Under the pieces are notes generated by a model that was not told the DNA's origin, made no database searches, and saw only the letters and a program-made list of their open reading frames with translations. A stretch of DNA of 64,000 nt from an uncultured Verrucomicrobiae bacterium (lineage in GTDB: Bacteria; Verrucomicrobiota; Verrucomicrobiia; Limisphaerales; Palsa-1400). This document shows, piece by piece, positions 42,787 through 53,669 of the stretch (the stretch's first letter is position 1; each line of letters opens with the position of its first letter). The translations under genes were made by a program, and so were the position numbers. The DNA lies in assembly GCA_963707025.1 (NCBI GenBank), contig CAVPOM010000004.1, positions 448,001 to 512,000 on the forward strand. The letters are read 5' to 3'.

Positions 42787-42911
42787 GTTCGAAGGGTGGG
42801 GGGGGCCTGGCCGGATTCTCAGCCCTATTCCACAGGCCTTTATTTTTGCTGGCTCCGAAACGCGGACCCTGTACCATGGCGCCGTCCCATGACGAAAAGC
42901 TGTTTGTCTCT

Positions 42912-44519
42912 ATGAAAATAAAATTGTTCTTCCGCCTCGTTTTGCCGGCGCTGCTCTTCGCCGGATGCGCAACTGAATCGTCCCGGCCAATCGTCGCGGT
43001 AAAACCAGAGTTGCCCCTGAGAGACCAATTTTACAATGTCCGCGCCTTCGGCGCCGTGGGCGACGGCCAGACGCTGGACAGTCCGGCGATCAACAAGGCC
43101 ATTGACGCCTGCGCCGCGGCGGGCGGCGGGACGGTTTTGTTTCCGGCCGGAACTTATTTGTGCGGCTCCATTCATCTCAAAAGCAACATTCATCTGCTGA
43201 TTGACGCCGGCGCGACGATTCTGGGCGCGCCGCAGGCAATGAACGCCTACGACCCGAAGCGAAGCCTTCGACGGGCCGGCGTTATCAGGACGGCGGCCAC
43301 ACCTATTTTCACAACAGCCTGATCTGGGGCGAGAACCTCACCAACGTTTCCATCACCGGCCAGGGCATGATCAACGGCGGCGGGCTGGTGCGCAACGACC
43401 GCGCATCGTGGACCGCATGAGCGGCTATTTCAACTTTGGGTCAACCACCAACCGCACCGTCCCCCGTCCCGCCGATGAACAACCTCCCGTCCGCGCTCGG
43501 CAACAAGGCCATCGCCCTCAAGCTTTGCCGCAACGTCCTCATCCGCGACATCACGATTTTTCACGGCGGCCATTTCGCCATTCTCGTCACCGGCTGCGAC
43601 AACCTGACGGTGGACAACGTGACGATGGACACCGACCGCGACGGCATTGACATTGATTGCTGCCGCAACACGATGGTTTCCAATTGCCGCATCAATTCGC
43701 CGCGGCGACGACGGATCTGTGCCCGAAGAGCACCTTTGCCCTGGGGCGAAATGTGATCACGGAAAATCTGACCATCATCAATTGCCAGGTCTCCGGATTT
43801 GAGGAAGGCACGCTGCTGGACGGCACGATGAAGCCCGGCCGGGGACACAATGGCCGGATCAAGTTCGGCACGGAGTCCAACGGCGGTTTCCGCAACGTGC
43901 ACCATGGCCAACTGCACGTTCCGCGGCTGCCACGGCCTGGCGCTGGAAGAAGTGGACGGCGGCATCATGGAAAACATCACCATCAACAACATCACCATGA
44001 TGGACGTGCGGCGATTATCCGATTTACATCACGACCGGCAAACGCAATCGCGGCCCGGACGTGACCGGAGCCGAGCCGGTGCCAGAAACATTTTCATTTC
44101 CAACGTCATCGCCACGGCGTGGACAAGGAGAGCGGCATTCAGATCATTGGGATGCCGGACCATCCGATTGAAGGGGTGCGGCTGGAAAACATCCGCATCG
44201 TCTTCAAGGGCGGCGGCACCAAGACGACGCCGCGCAGATCCCCCGCGAACTGGGCACCGGCTATCCGGAACCGCGCGGCACCATGCCGGCCTACGGAATT
44301 TTTGCCCGCCACGTCCGGGGCCTGGAACTGGCGAACATCCAATTTAGTTTTGACAGAGAAGATTTGCGCCCGGCCATGGCCTGCGAGGACGTGGATGGGG
44401 TGGAGATTGACGACTTCAAGGCGCAGTTGGCCCAGGGCGTGGCGCCCGCGCGTTGGGAAAATGTCAGAGGCAAAACCGTGCGCAATTCGCCGGTCCTGTC
44501 AGCCCCTGAATCAAACTAA
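42912..44519 (+). CDS. GH28-like / pectin-lyase-fold glycoside hydrolase lipoprotein (multiply frameshifted)
   Basis: FAGC lipobox, YNVRAFGAVGDG, AINKAIDAC..GGGTV..PAGTYL, TDRDGIDID, RIKFGTES. Confidence 0.82.
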
Positions 44520-44713
44520 CCAGCGCTGCATCCGCCGATGAACCCGGCCACTCCGATCAGTCCCAACCGTTTGACGGGAGAACATGGGGCGCCTTTGGAA
44601 CCTCGCAGGATTCCAATTAAAGGCGCCGTCCAAATTTTATATCGGCCGGAATGCCGTTTTACTTTACCGGCCTCGCGGCGCTGATGGGGAGGCCGGGAAA
44701 ATGATGCGAAAGA

Positions 44714-46126
44714 TTAGACGTCATAGTAGAGATGGAATTCGTAGGGATGAGGGCGCAGGCGCAGGGCGTCCACCTCTTTGCGCTTGGCCGCGATCCACAT
44801 GTCCAGGAAGTCGGTGGTAAAAACGTCCCCTTTGAGGAGAAAGGCATGATCTTTTTGCAACAGATCCAGGGCCTCGCCCAGGCTGGAGGGGACTTGCGGG
44901 ATTTTTTTGAGGTCTTCCGGCGGCAGTTCGTACATGTTTTTGTCCATGGGCTCGCCCGGCTCGATTTTGTTCAGGACGCCATCCAGCCCGGCCAGGAGCA
45001 GGGCGGCGAAGCAGAGATAGGGATTGGCGGCGGGATCGGGGGGCCGGTACTCAATGCGCCGGGTTTTGGGATTCTCACTGTAAGTGGGGATGCGGATGGC
45101 GGCGCTGCGGTTGCGGGCGCTATAGGCCAGGTTGACGGGGGCTTCGTAGCCGGGCACCAGGCGTTTGAAGGAGTTGGTGGTGGGGCTGCAAATGGCGCAG
45201 AGGGCCTTGGCGTGTTTGAGGATGCCGCCAATGTAATAGAGGGCCATCTGGCTCAAGCCGGCGTATTCCTTGCCGGCGAAGAGGGGCCGGCCGTTTTTCC
45301 AGAGGCTTTGATGGGTATGCATGCCCGAGCCGTTGTCGCCGAAGAGGGGCTTGGGCATGAGGCAGACGGTCTTGCCGTGGCGGCGGGCGACGTTTTTGAT
45401 GACGTATTTGTAAACCATCATGTTGTCGGCCGTCTTGACCAGGGTGTCGAAGCGGAAATCAATCTCGGCCTGGCCGCCGGTGGCCACTTCATGGTGCTGG
45501 CGCTCGATCTTGATGCCCAGTTGTTCCATGATCAGGCACATCTCGGTGCGGATGTCCTGCTGGGTGTCGTGGGGGGCGACGGGGAAATAACCCTCCTTGT
45601 GGCGGATTTTATAGCCGAGGTTGGGGGCCTGGTCCCGGCCGCTGTTCCAGATGGCCTCCTCCGAGTCCACCGAGTAGAAGGTGCCGTTGCATTGGGCGTC
45701 GAACTGGACGCTGTCAAAAATAAAGAATTCGGCCTCCGGCCCGAAGACGGCGGCGTCGGCCAGGCCGGTGGAGCGGAGGTATTTCTCGGCGCGCCCGGCG
45801 ATGCCGCGGGGGTCGCGGGTGTAGGCTTCCTTGGTGCCGGTCTCGGCGATGGTGCAGGTCAGGGAGAGGGTGGGCACGGCGCAAAAGGGGTCAATGAAGG
45901 CGGTGTCCGGGTCGGGCATGGCCAGCATGTCGGAGGCCTCGATGGATTTCCAGCCGCGGATGGAGGAGCCGTCAAAGCCGTAGCCCTCGGCAAAGGCCTC
46001 CTCGGTCAGCTCGGAGATGGGCAGGCTGAAATGCTGCCAGGTGCCGAAGGTGTCAACAAACTTAACGTCAATCATTTTGGCGCCCTGCTGTTTCGCCAGG
46101 GCCAAAACGCTTTTGGGGGTGTTCAT
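44714..46126 (-). CDS. glnA: Glutamine synthetase type I
   Basis: [63 protein letters not shown], adenylylation site NMYEL. Confidence 0.98.
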   Translation of the reverse strand: MNTPKSVLALAKQQGAKMIDVKFVDTFGTWQHFSLPISELTEEAFAEGYGFDGSSIRGWKSIEASDMLAMPDPDTAFIDPFCAVPTLSLTCTIAETGTKEAYTRDPRGIAGRAEKYLRSTGLADAAVFGPEAEFFIFDSVQFDAQCNGTFYSVDSEEAIWNSGRDQAPNLGYKIRHKEGYFPVAPHDTQQDIRTEMCLIMEQLGIKIERQHHEVATGGQAEIDFRFDTLVKTADNMMVYKYVIKNVARRHGKTVCLMPKPLFGDNGSGMHTHQSLWKNGRPLFAGKEYAGLSQMALYYIGGILKHAKALCAICSPTTNSFKRLVPGYEAPVNLAYSARNRSAAIRIPTYSENPKTRRIEYRPPDPAANPYLCFAALLLAGLDGVLNKIEPGEPMDKNMYELPPEDLKKIPQVPSSLGEALDLLQKDHAFLLKGDVFTTDFLDMWIAAKRKEVDALRLRPHPYEFHLYYDV

Positions 46127-46272
46127 CGCTTGTTTTGTATATTGTTTTTACTTGTCGTCGCCGGCCAATGGTGCCTCCGTTGTGGAGGGTTTAATTTCAT
46201 TTGGTTCGCTACACGTTCTATCTCGAGCAATACGGCCTTCTCCAGAGGCACGGCTGAATTTAGCAGTTGGAA

Positions 46273-46288
46273 TGCCACTTGCGTGCCG
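46273..46288 (-). promoter_or_regulatory. Putative sigma54 promoter of glnA
   Basis: Minus strand CGGCACGCAAGTGGCA (GG-N10-GC), ~150 bp upstream of glnA. Confidence 0.65.
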
Positions 46289-46418
46289 CTTGTCAAAAAA
46301 ATTGTGATACGCAGGCAACTCAGCCTCGGTTAGGCGGTTTTTGTGGCGGATTTTTCTTTTTTAAACGGCGAAATGGAATATGGGCTGTATTTTTTTGCTC
46401 AGACTGTGCAGATTTTTC

Positions 46419-47294
46419 TCAAGGGTCTGGGAACTCGGGCAGCGGCGGGGTCGCGCCTTCGCAGGAACAGACATACCGGGCCACCTGGTTGGCCCGGCGG
46501 TTGATGGCGTCCAGCGGCTTTCCCGTCAGCACGCCCACGGCCAGCGCCGCGGTAAAGGCATCGCCGGCCCCAACGGTGTCCTTGACCGCGACGGATTGGC
46601 CGGGATCATCAGCCCATTGGCCCCCGCCATGGAGCAAGCTGCCCTGGGCGCCGCGGGTCAGGCACAACAGGCGCTGGGCGTGCTGCCGCGCCAACTGTTC
46701 GATTTGCTGGCGCACACTCCCGCGCAAACCCAGCATGCCCGCCAGGACAGGCAGTTCGGCCTCGTTGCATTTGACGATGTTGGCCAGGCGCAGCGATGTT
46801 TCGATGAGGTCCCGCGAGAAATAGTGCTGGCGCAGGTTGAGGTCCAGAACCCGCAACGCGCCGGGGCGAACCGCCGCCAGCAGCGCCTGAATGGTGCTGC
46901 GTGCCGGCTCGCGACGCTGGCCCAGCGTGCCAAAGACCACCGCGTCTGCTGCGGCGACGGCGGCGAGAGCGGTTTTTTCCAGGGCCAGAAAGTCCCAGGC
47001 AACATTCTCGTGAATGGTGAAGCGCGGCTGGCCGCCGGCCGAAAGCTCCACGCTGGCAGTTCCCGTCGGGGCGGACGGATCGGCTTGAATTTCCGCAACC
47101 GACAGGCCCAGAGCTTGCAGCCGCTGGAGGATTTCCGCGCCCAGAGGATCCTGTCCGACGCGGGAGATCACGCAACTGCGCGCACCCAGGGCGCGCGCGT
47201 GCAAGGCGAAATTGGCGGGCGCGCCACCCAGTTGTTTGCCGGACGGCAGGAGGTCCCAGAGAATCTCGCCGAGACCGATTACGTTGAAACTCAT
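46419..47294 (-). CDS. PfkB-family carbohydrate kinase (fructokinase-like)
   Basis: GEILWD, GGAPANFA, DLNLR, VKCNEAE, DTVGAGDAFTA. Confidence 0.93.
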   Translation of the reverse strand: MSFNVIGLGEILWDLLPSGKQLGGAPANFALHARALGARSCVISRVGQDPLGAEILQRLQALGLSVAEIQADPSAPTGTASVELSAGGQPRFTIHENVAWDFLALEKTALAAVAAADAVVFGTLGQRREPARSTIQALLAAVRPGALRVLDLNLRQHYFSRDLIETSLRLANIVKCNEAELPVLAGMLGLRGSVRQQIEQLARQHAQRLLCLTRGAQGSLLHGGGQWADDPGQSVAVKDTVGAGDAFTAALAVGVLTGKPLDAINRRANQVARYVCSCEGATPPLPEFPDP

Positions 47295-47542
47295 TCCATA
47301 ATTATACGTCCCTCACCCGGTCGCGCACGCCAATACGCCGGCGCCGCGCCCGACAGCGGGTTTGGCCTTTACTGGGAACATCCATCACAGGCTGCCTCAT
47401 GCAGATGCGATGGTGAATGCTTTGGCTGCTGGACTCGTGGCAACTCACACCATGGATTGGAACAGGCGCCGTCTTGATGGCGATTGGGATTAAGACGGGG
47501 ACATAGCCTCCACTCCGGCGCGCTTGACAGCGGCGGCGTGAA

Positions 47543-48883
47543 ATGGGAGGCTGGGTGATCGTGAACGCGGTCATCTTCTGGCTCGATGTCGCCTTGCTGG
47601 CCTTGCTGGCGGGAACCGCGCAGGGGGCTGAGGCCGGAGGGACGCCGGGCCGCCACGCCTTGAGTACCGTATTTCTGCTCAAACCCGCGCTGGTCTTCGA
47701 TACGGCCAACGGCCAGACGCACGCCGGCTGGTCTGTGCTGGTCAGGGGCAATCAAATCGCCGCGGCCGGACCTGCCGCGCAGATGGAAGCGCCGGCCAAC
47801 GCGGAGAGGATCGAATTGGCCGGCATGACCCTGCTGCCCGGATTAATGGACCTGCACTCCCATATTTTCCTGCACCCTTACAATGAGGCCTCCTGGGATG
47901 ACCAAGTCCTGAAGGAGCCGGTCGCCTATCGTTCGGTCCAGGCGGTGCTGCATGTCAAGGACACGCTGCTGGCCGGCTTCACCTTGCTGCGCGACTTGGG
48001 CACGGAAGGGGCCGGGGCTGCCGACGTGTCCATCAAGCGGACGATTGAGGAGGGGCTGATTCCCGGTCCCCGGCTGGTGGTGGTCACCAAAGCCATTGTG
48101 GCCACGGCCAGTTATGGTCCCGGCCCGCGGGGTTATGCCGAGAACGTCCTTCTGCCCAAAGGCGCGCAGGAGGCATCGGGCATCCCGGAAATCCTCAAAG
48201 CGGTGCGGGAGCAGGTGGGTCTGGGCGCGGATTGGATTAAGGTCTATGCCGATTACGGCCGCGGCCCGGGAGGCCAGCAGGCGGCCACCTTCAGCCTCGA
48301 AGAGCTGCGGGCCTTGGTGGAGGAATCCCATTCGGCCGGCCGCCCGGTGGCGGTCCACGCCACCACCGCCGAAGGGATGCGGCGGGCCGTGGAGGCGGGA
48401 GTGGATACCATCGAGCATGGCTTCGGGGGGACGGAGGAAGTTTTCCGGCGGATGGCAGAAAAGGGGGTGGGTTATTTGCCGACGCTCACGGCGGTTGAGG
48501 CCACGGCCGAATACTTCCATGGTTACAAGCCCGGGGAGAGTGCCGCCACCCCTGAAATGGTCAACGCGCTGCGGGCTTTCAAACTGGCCCTGGATAACAA
48601 GGTGACCATCGGCGCCGGCAGTGACGTGGGAGTTTTTGCGCACGGCAGCAACTATCGCGAGCTGGAATGGATGGTGCGAGGCGGGATGAGCCCGAGCCAA
48701 GCCATCCTGGCGGCCACGGCGACCAATGCCAGGATCCTGCGAATGGAGGATAAGTTGGGAGCCGTCCGTCCTGGAATGCTGGCGGACCTCATCGCCGTGC
48801 CGGGCGACCCCACCACCAACATTCAGGCGTTGCGGGATGTGCGCCTGGTCATGAAAGACGGCGTGATTTACAAAAAGCCCTGA
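47543..48883 (+). CDS. Metal-dependent amidohydrolase (Xaa-Pro dipeptidase-like)
   Basis: [53 protein letters not shown]. Confidence 0.92.
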   Translation: MGGWVIVNAVIFWLDVALLALLAGTAQGAEAGGTPGRHALSTVFLLKPALVFDTANGQTHAGWSVLVRGNQIAAAGPAAQMEAPANAERIELAGMTLLPGLMDLHSHIFLHPYNEASWDDQVLKEPVAYRSVQAVLHVKDTLLAGFTLLRDLGTEGAGAADVSIKRTIEEGLIPGPRLVVVTKAIVATASYGPGPRGYAENVLLPKGAQEASGIPEILKAVREQVGLGADWIKVYADYGRGPGGQQAATFSLEELRALVEESHSAGRPVAVHATTAEGMRRAVEAGVDTIEHGFGGTEEVFRRMAEKGVGYLPTLTAVEATAEYFHGYKPGESAATPEMVNALRAFKLALDNKVTIGAGSDVGVFAHGSNYRELEWMVRGGMSPSQAILAATATNARILRMEDKLGAVRPGMLADLIAVPGDPTTNIQALRDVRLVMKDGVIYKKP

Positions 48884-48885
48884 AT

Positions 48886-48945
48886 CGGAGATTGAGAATA
48901 AGAATAAGATTAGGATTAGGATCAGGATTAAGATTGGGATTAGAT
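48886..48945 (+). repeat. Degenerate hexamer repeat
   Basis: GATTAG/GAATAA/GATCAG-type 6 bp units after the amidohydrolase stop. Confidence 0.7.
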
Positions 48946-49029
48946 GGGTTTGGCCTTGTGGAAATGGCTTGTGGGCGCACAACCTCGGGGCTAACGTAAT
49001 GTCCGGCGCATCACACCGCCAGGTTCACG

Positions 49030-50502
49030 ATGAAGATTCTCCTCGTCAGTCCGCAGACGCCAGACACGTTCTGGAGTTTCAAGCATGTGCTGCGGTTTGT
49101 TGCCAAGCGGGCCTCGTTCCCGCCGTTGGGCTTGCTCACGGTGGCGGGCATGCTGCCCCAGGATTGGGAATTGCGGCTGGTGGACATGAACGTCAAGCGG
49201 CTCAAGGACGCGGATTTGCTCTGGGCGGACTTCGTGATGGTCAGCGCGATGATCGTGCAGAAGGATTCGGTGCGGACCATCGCGGGGCGGTGCTTGGAGC
49301 AGGGCAAACCGGTCATCGCTGGCGGACCGTTGTTCACCACCGGACATGAGGCCTTTCCGGAAATTCCCCATTTCGTGCTGGGTGAGGCGGAAGAAATCAT
49401 GCCGCAAGTGGTCGAAGACCTGCGGCACCAGCGGCTGCAACGCCTCTACCAAGCGCCGCGCTGGCCGGATCTGGCGCAAACCCCCGTTCCGCGCTGGGAT
49501 TTGATTGACCTCCGGCATTACGTGACGATGCCGGCGCAGTTTTCGCGGGGCTGCCCGTTCAACTGCGAGTTTTGCGACATCATCGTGATGAACGGCCGCG
49601 TGCCCCGAACCAAGGCGCCGGCGCAATTGATCGCCGAGCTGGAAGCCCTCCGGGTGCGGGGCTGGAAGGAAATGGTCTTCATCGTGGACGACAATTTCAT
49701 CGGGGACAAACGGCAGACGCGGGCGTTGCTGCGGGAAATGGTGGCCTGGCGGCGGCGCACGGGGGCCGAAATGGGATTTCTCACCGAGGCCTCGGTGAAC
49801 CTGGCGGACGACGCGGACTTGTGCGCGTTGATGGTGGAAGCCGGTTTCACCAAAGTGTTTGTCGGCATCGAAACACCGTCGGTGGAAGGGCTGGAGGAAT
49901 GCCGCAAACTGCAGAATCGCGGGCGCGATCTGGTGGAAGCGGTGCGGCTCTTGCAACAGCGCGGGCTGGAAGTGATGGGCGGATTCATCGTGGGCTTCGA
50001 CAGCGACAAGACGGACATCTTCAAGCGGCAGTTCGACTTCATCCAGCGCTCGGGCGTGGTGACGGCCATGGTGGGCCTGCTGACGGCGCTGCCGCAAACC
50101 CGCCTCTACGACCGCCTGAAGAAGGAGGGCCGGCTGGAGGCGGAAACCAGCGGCAACAACACCGACTCGGCGCTGAACTTCAAACCGAGGCTCAGCCGGG
50201 AATTCCTCCAATCCGGCTACCGCGACCTGATGAAAAGACTCTACGAGCCGAAAGTCTATTACCAGCGGGTGCGCACCTTTCTGCAAAATCACAAGACGAC
50301 CGCGCCGAGCCTGCGGCTGTCGCGCGCGGACTTGGTGGCCTTCCTAAAATCGTTATGGCTGCTGGGAATCTGGTATCGCGGGCGGGTGGCCTACTGGCGG
50401 TTTTTCCTGGGCACACTGTTGCGCCGGCCGCATCAATTCCGTCGCGCCATAGAGTTCGCCATACTCGGATATCACTTCCGCCGTGTCGCGCAGGAGTGTT
50501 AG
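49030..50502 (+). CDS. B12-binding-domain radical SAM protein
   Basis: PPLGLLTVA, SRGCPFNCEFC (CxxxCxxC), VDDNFIG, GFIVGFDSD. Confidence 0.93.
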   Translation: MKILLVSPQTPDTFWSFKHVLRFVAKRASFPPLGLLTVAGMLPQDWELRLVDMNVKRLKDADLLWADFVMVSAMIVQKDSVRTIAGRCLEQGKPVIAGGPLFTTGHEAFPEIPHFVLGEAEEIMPQVVEDLRHQRLQRLYQAPRWPDLAQTPVPRWDLIDLRHYVTMPAQFSRGCPFNCEFCDIIVMNGRVPRTKAPAQLIAELEALRVRGWKEMVFIVDDNFIGDKRQTRALLREMVAWRRRTGAEMGFLTEASVNLADDADLCALMVEAGFTKVFVGIETPSVEGLEECRKLQNRGRDLVEAVRLLQQRGLEVMGGFIVGFDSDKTDIFKRQFDFIQRSGVVTAMVGLLTALPQTRLYDRLKKEGRLEAETSGNNTDSALNFKPRLSREFLQSGYRDLMKRLYEPKVYYQRVRTFLQNHKTTAPSLRLSRADLVAFLKSLWLLGIWYRGRVAYWRFFLGTLLRRPHQFRRAIEFAILGYHFRRVAQEC

Positions 50503-50583
50503 CCAGGACATGGCCTGCGCGCGCCCGCATCGGATGGGTGGCACAGGCGCCCCCGTCCCGGTTCATTTCGGAATCAAAAAGTG

Positions 50584-51129
50584 CTACGCAGACGGCGGGT
50601 GCGGCAGCCCGCCTTTGGAATTGAGGAACGTGTTGGTCCGCAATTCGACCTGTTGAATCACCTCGAACATCTGGAAGTTGTCCGGAGCGGTCTGCAGTTT
50701 CTCGACCAGTTGGCTGTCTCTGGCCAAACGGCCCAGGCCGGCGACCACCAATAGATATTGGGTTGAGTCGGTTTTGGGAACAGCCAGCAGAAAAACCAGC
50801 CGCACGGGGCGAATGGCCTTTGCCCCCCACCGCAATGGCTCTTCGCTGCGGCCCAGCGCGAAAGCCAGCTCCTTGAGGCCCGGCAACCGCGCGTGCGGAA
50901 AGGCCATGCCTGCCTCCATGTCACTGCTCACCAGGAATTCCCGGTTCAGAGCCGCTTCGTAAAACGGCAGTAAATCGGGCACGCGTTTTTCATGTTGCAT
51001 CGCCTGGCTGAGTTCCTGAATCACGCTGGCCGCATCGCAGCCGCGCAAGCTGGGAACCATCAGACCCGGGCTGGTAAAATCGGCCAGGGTCACTGAAGCG
51101 GCGGGATGGATGCAGGTATCAGGCGACAT
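50584..51129 (-). CDS. PTS EIIA type-2 (Fru/Ntr-like) domain protein
   Basis: LNRE...S....GMAFPHAR with the phosphorylatable His, VRLVFLLAVP. Confidence 0.88.
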   Translation of the reverse strand: MSPDTCIHPAASVTLADFTSPGLMVPSLRGCDAASVIQELSQAMQHEKRVPDLLPFYEAALNREFLVSSDMEAGMAFPHARLPGLKELAFALGRSEEPLRWGAKAIRPVRLVFLLAVPKTDSTQYLLVVAGLGRLARDSQLVEKLQTAPDNFQMFEVIQQVELRTNTFLNSKGGLPHPPSA

Positions 51130-51514
51130 GCAAATCCGCTTTCTGCCGGGTTCGTCTGGCGCCTGATTTGGCGGGGGCCTTGATCGGCGGCGGTGAATCG
51201 GTCAGGCTGTACGGCTCGTCCTCCGCCCGAAAAAGATAGCGGCCGCAATGGTCGCAGACATGAAGCTCGGTGGCATAGGCCAGACTGGCGAGCGTGCCCG
51301 AAGTTATTCGCAAATGGCACTCGCTGCAGACACCGTGGCGGGCGAAGGCCAGGCCCTTCTTGCCGCGCGCGATGAGCCGGTCGAAGTGGCCGAGGATCGG
51401 GGCGGGCACGCTTTCGCGCAGGTCCAGAATCTCAGCTTCGTCGTCCAGTGACAGAGCCTTGGCCTGTAGTTCGAGTTCCTGTAGTGCAAGGAGTTTTTCC
51501 AAGATATGTTTCAT
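51119..51514 (-). CDS. C4-type zinc-ribbon protein
   Basis: GVCSECHLRI ... CDHCGRYLF. Confidence 0.8.
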   Translation of the reverse strand: MKHILEKLLALQELELQAKALSLDDEAEILDLRESVPAPILGHFDRLIARGKKGLAFARHGVCSECHLRITSGTLASLAYATELHVCDHCGRYLFRAEDEPYSLTDSPPPIKAPAKSGARRTRQKADLHVA

Positions 51515-51526
51515 GGTTCATGGTGA

Positions 51527-51542
51527 TGCAAAGGCCGTGCCG
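51527..51542 (-). promoter_or_regulatory. Putative sigma54 promoter
   Basis: Minus strand CGGCACGGCCTTTGCA, close to the TGGCACGNNNNTTGCA consensus. Confidence 0.75.
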
Positions 51543-51798
51543 GGAAAGGGTGCATTTGCGCTAACCCGTTGCGTTGAAAAGGGTTGAAGCATTCGCACGC
51601 CAATCTGTTTTCATGTGGTGCGGCCTTATTTCCGAGTTTTGTGCATTGTTTGCACCGCCTCCTGAAAACTTGTGCAAACCAAAAAGAGTCTTTGCCGCGC
51701 TGGCGTCAATTCACATTCGACACCAGCGCTGCTCTCGGTCTTCCCAATACGGATAAGCTCCGGCGCTGGTTGGCAACCGGAGGGGACCTTTCCGTGGC

Positions 51799-52041
51799 TT
51801 AATGGTTGCGCCCGCTGCGGGGTTTGCGAACCTTGCCCGACGCAGGCGGCGCCGTTTGCTGCTGCGGTGGTTTTTGGGCTGGCGACGCTGTGGGCGGATT
51901 GGCTGCCGCCAAGGTAGCAGCGGCTGGCGCCAGAGGTTTCGGGGCGCCGCCTATGGCGCCCATTGGGTTCTGCGGGGTGTTCACAGTTGTGGGAGGCAGG
52001 GTTGCTGGAATTGGATTTGCTGTAACAATTTGATCACTCAT
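51799..52041 (-). CDS. Small Pro/Ala-rich, probably disordered protein
   Basis: 80 aa ORF with a basic tail, preceded by an A-rich leader and a sigma54-like promoter. Confidence 0.55.
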   Translation of the reverse strand: MSDQIVTANPIPATLPPTTVNTPQNPMGAIGGAPKPLAPAAATLAAANPPTASPAQKPPQQQTAPPASGKVRKPRSGRNH

Positions 52042-52093
52042 AAGCTTTTGTTGTTTTAAATTGGCTCGTTAATTCGGCCACGGCCGCAATGGT

Positions 52094-52109
52094 TGCATTT
52101 GCGATGCCA
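52094..52109 (-). promoter_or_regulatory. Putative sigma54 promoter
   Basis: Minus strand TGGCATCGCAAATGCA (GG-N10-GC). Confidence 0.6.
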
Positions 52110-52268
52110 TCGCGCGTTGGTGGTGCCGAACATTTTTTCGCTGAACGACTTAGCGTCAGAGCATGTTTATGGGGACCGCTTTAAATCAGCGTCCACAAGT
52201 CTTTTTGGGCAAATTCTGCACAAACCGGAGGCGGCCTGTGCAACGCATTCCATCAGGAGCGCCTCTCC

Positions 52269-53669
52269 TCATGGTTGCTCGCTGGCCGGCTCGCCGGTCT
52301 GCGGTGACTCCTGTAACAAGTCATATTGCTTGAGCTTGTATTGCAGGGTGCGCCGGCTGATGCCGAGCACCCTGGCGGCTTCGTCGCGGTTGCGCGTGAC
52401 GTGAGTGAGGGTTTGACGGATGAGCAGTTTCTCCACTTCGGCCAGTGACATGCCGGGACGCGCCGTAAAGGTGGTGGCGCTTTGGTCGTGGGTCCGCAGG
52501 AAGTCGGGCAGGTCCGCCACCTCGACGGTCGAGCTTCGATGCGTGATGACCAGCCGTTCGATCATGTTGCGCAATTGCCGCACGTTGCCCGGCCACGGAA
52601 ACCGCTGGCAGAGCTGCATGGCTTCCGCCGACATCTTCTTGCGCCGCCGCTTGTGCTTGGCGGTGAAGTGCAGAAGGAAATCCTCAATCAGCACCGGGAT
52701 GTCCTCGGCCCGCTCGCGCAGGGGTGGGACGACGACGGGCAGAATTTGCAGGCGATAGAACAGATCTTCCCGAAATTTCCCGGCCGTCACCGCCTTCTGA
52801 AGAGGCTGGTTGGTGGCGGCGATGACGCGCACATTGACGCGCACCAACTCGGTGCCGCCCACCATCCGAAACGCGCCGTCCTCCAGCACCCGCAACAAAT
52901 CGCCCTGGCCTTTGGGGGAGAGGTCGCCGATTTCATCGAGAAAGAGTGTCCCGCCATCGGCGAGTTGAAAGCGGCCCGGCTTGTTGGCCACCGCGCCGGT
53001 GAATGCGCCTTTGACGTGGCCGAACAATTCTGCTTCGAGCAACTGTTCGGGCAAGGCGGCGCAATTGACCGAGATGAACGGCCGGTCGCTCCGCCGGCTT
53101 TTCAAGTGAATCGAGCGGGCGACCAGTTCCTTGCCCGTGCCGCTCTCGCCTTCCAGGAGGACGGTGACGTCGCTCTGGGCCACTTCATCAATGGAACGCA
53201 GGATGGAGTGAACGCTTTCACTGACGCCGAGCAACTGGCTGGGTTCGGACCGCTTTTGCAGACGCAGCCGTAACTCGTTGTTCTCGGCAATGACGGCCTG
53301 AAATTCCAGCGCCTTGGTCACCTGTGCGCGCAGGCGCTGCATGTCCAGCGGCTTTGAGACATAATCGTAAGCGCCTTCTTTCATGGCTTGCACGGCGCTT
53401 TCCACCGTGCCGAAGGCGGTCATCATAATGAAGAGGGTGTCGCGGCTTTTCTCCCTGGCTTCCTGGAACAATTGCAGCCCGCTCATCCCCGGCATCTTCA
53501 TGTCGGTGAGCACCAGGTTATAGAGCCGGCTGCCGATAAGCTGCAAAGCCGCCGGCGCGTCGTTGGCCGCGTCCACCGCGTAACCTTCGCGCTGGAGCGC
53601 TTCCTGCACGCCGGCGCAGAGGCCGCGCTCGTCGTCCACCACCAGAATATTGATCTTGGATTTATCCAT
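52269..53669 (-). CDS. NtrC-family sigma54-dependent response regulator
   Basis: REC domain (ILVVDDE, TDMKMPG, SKP), GESGTGKE, ELFGHVKGAFTGA, TLFLDEIG, WPGNVRQL, Fis-type HTH. Confidence 0.96.
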   Translation of the reverse strand: MDKSKINILVVDDERGLCAGVQEALQREGYAVDAANDAPAALQLIGSRLYNLVLTDMKMPGMSGLQLFQEAREKSRDTLFIMMTAFGTVESAVQAMKEGAYDYVSKPLDMQRLRAQVTKALEFQAVIAENNELRLRLQKRSEPSQLLGVSESVHSILRSIDEVAQSDVTVLLEGESGTGKELVARSIHLKSRRSDRPFISVNCAALPEQLLEAELFGHVKGAFTGAVANKPGRFQLADGGTLFLDEIGDLSPKGQGDLLRVLEDGAFRMVGGTELVRVNVRVIAATNQPLQKAVTAGKFREDLFYRLQILPVVVPPLRERAEDIPVLIEDFLLHFTAKHKRRRKKMSAEAMQLCQRFPWPGNVRQLRNMIERLVITHRSSTVEVADLPDFLRTHDQSATTFTARPGMSLAEVEKLLIRQTLTHVTRNRDEAARVLGISRRTLQYKLKQYDLLQESPQTGEPASEQP

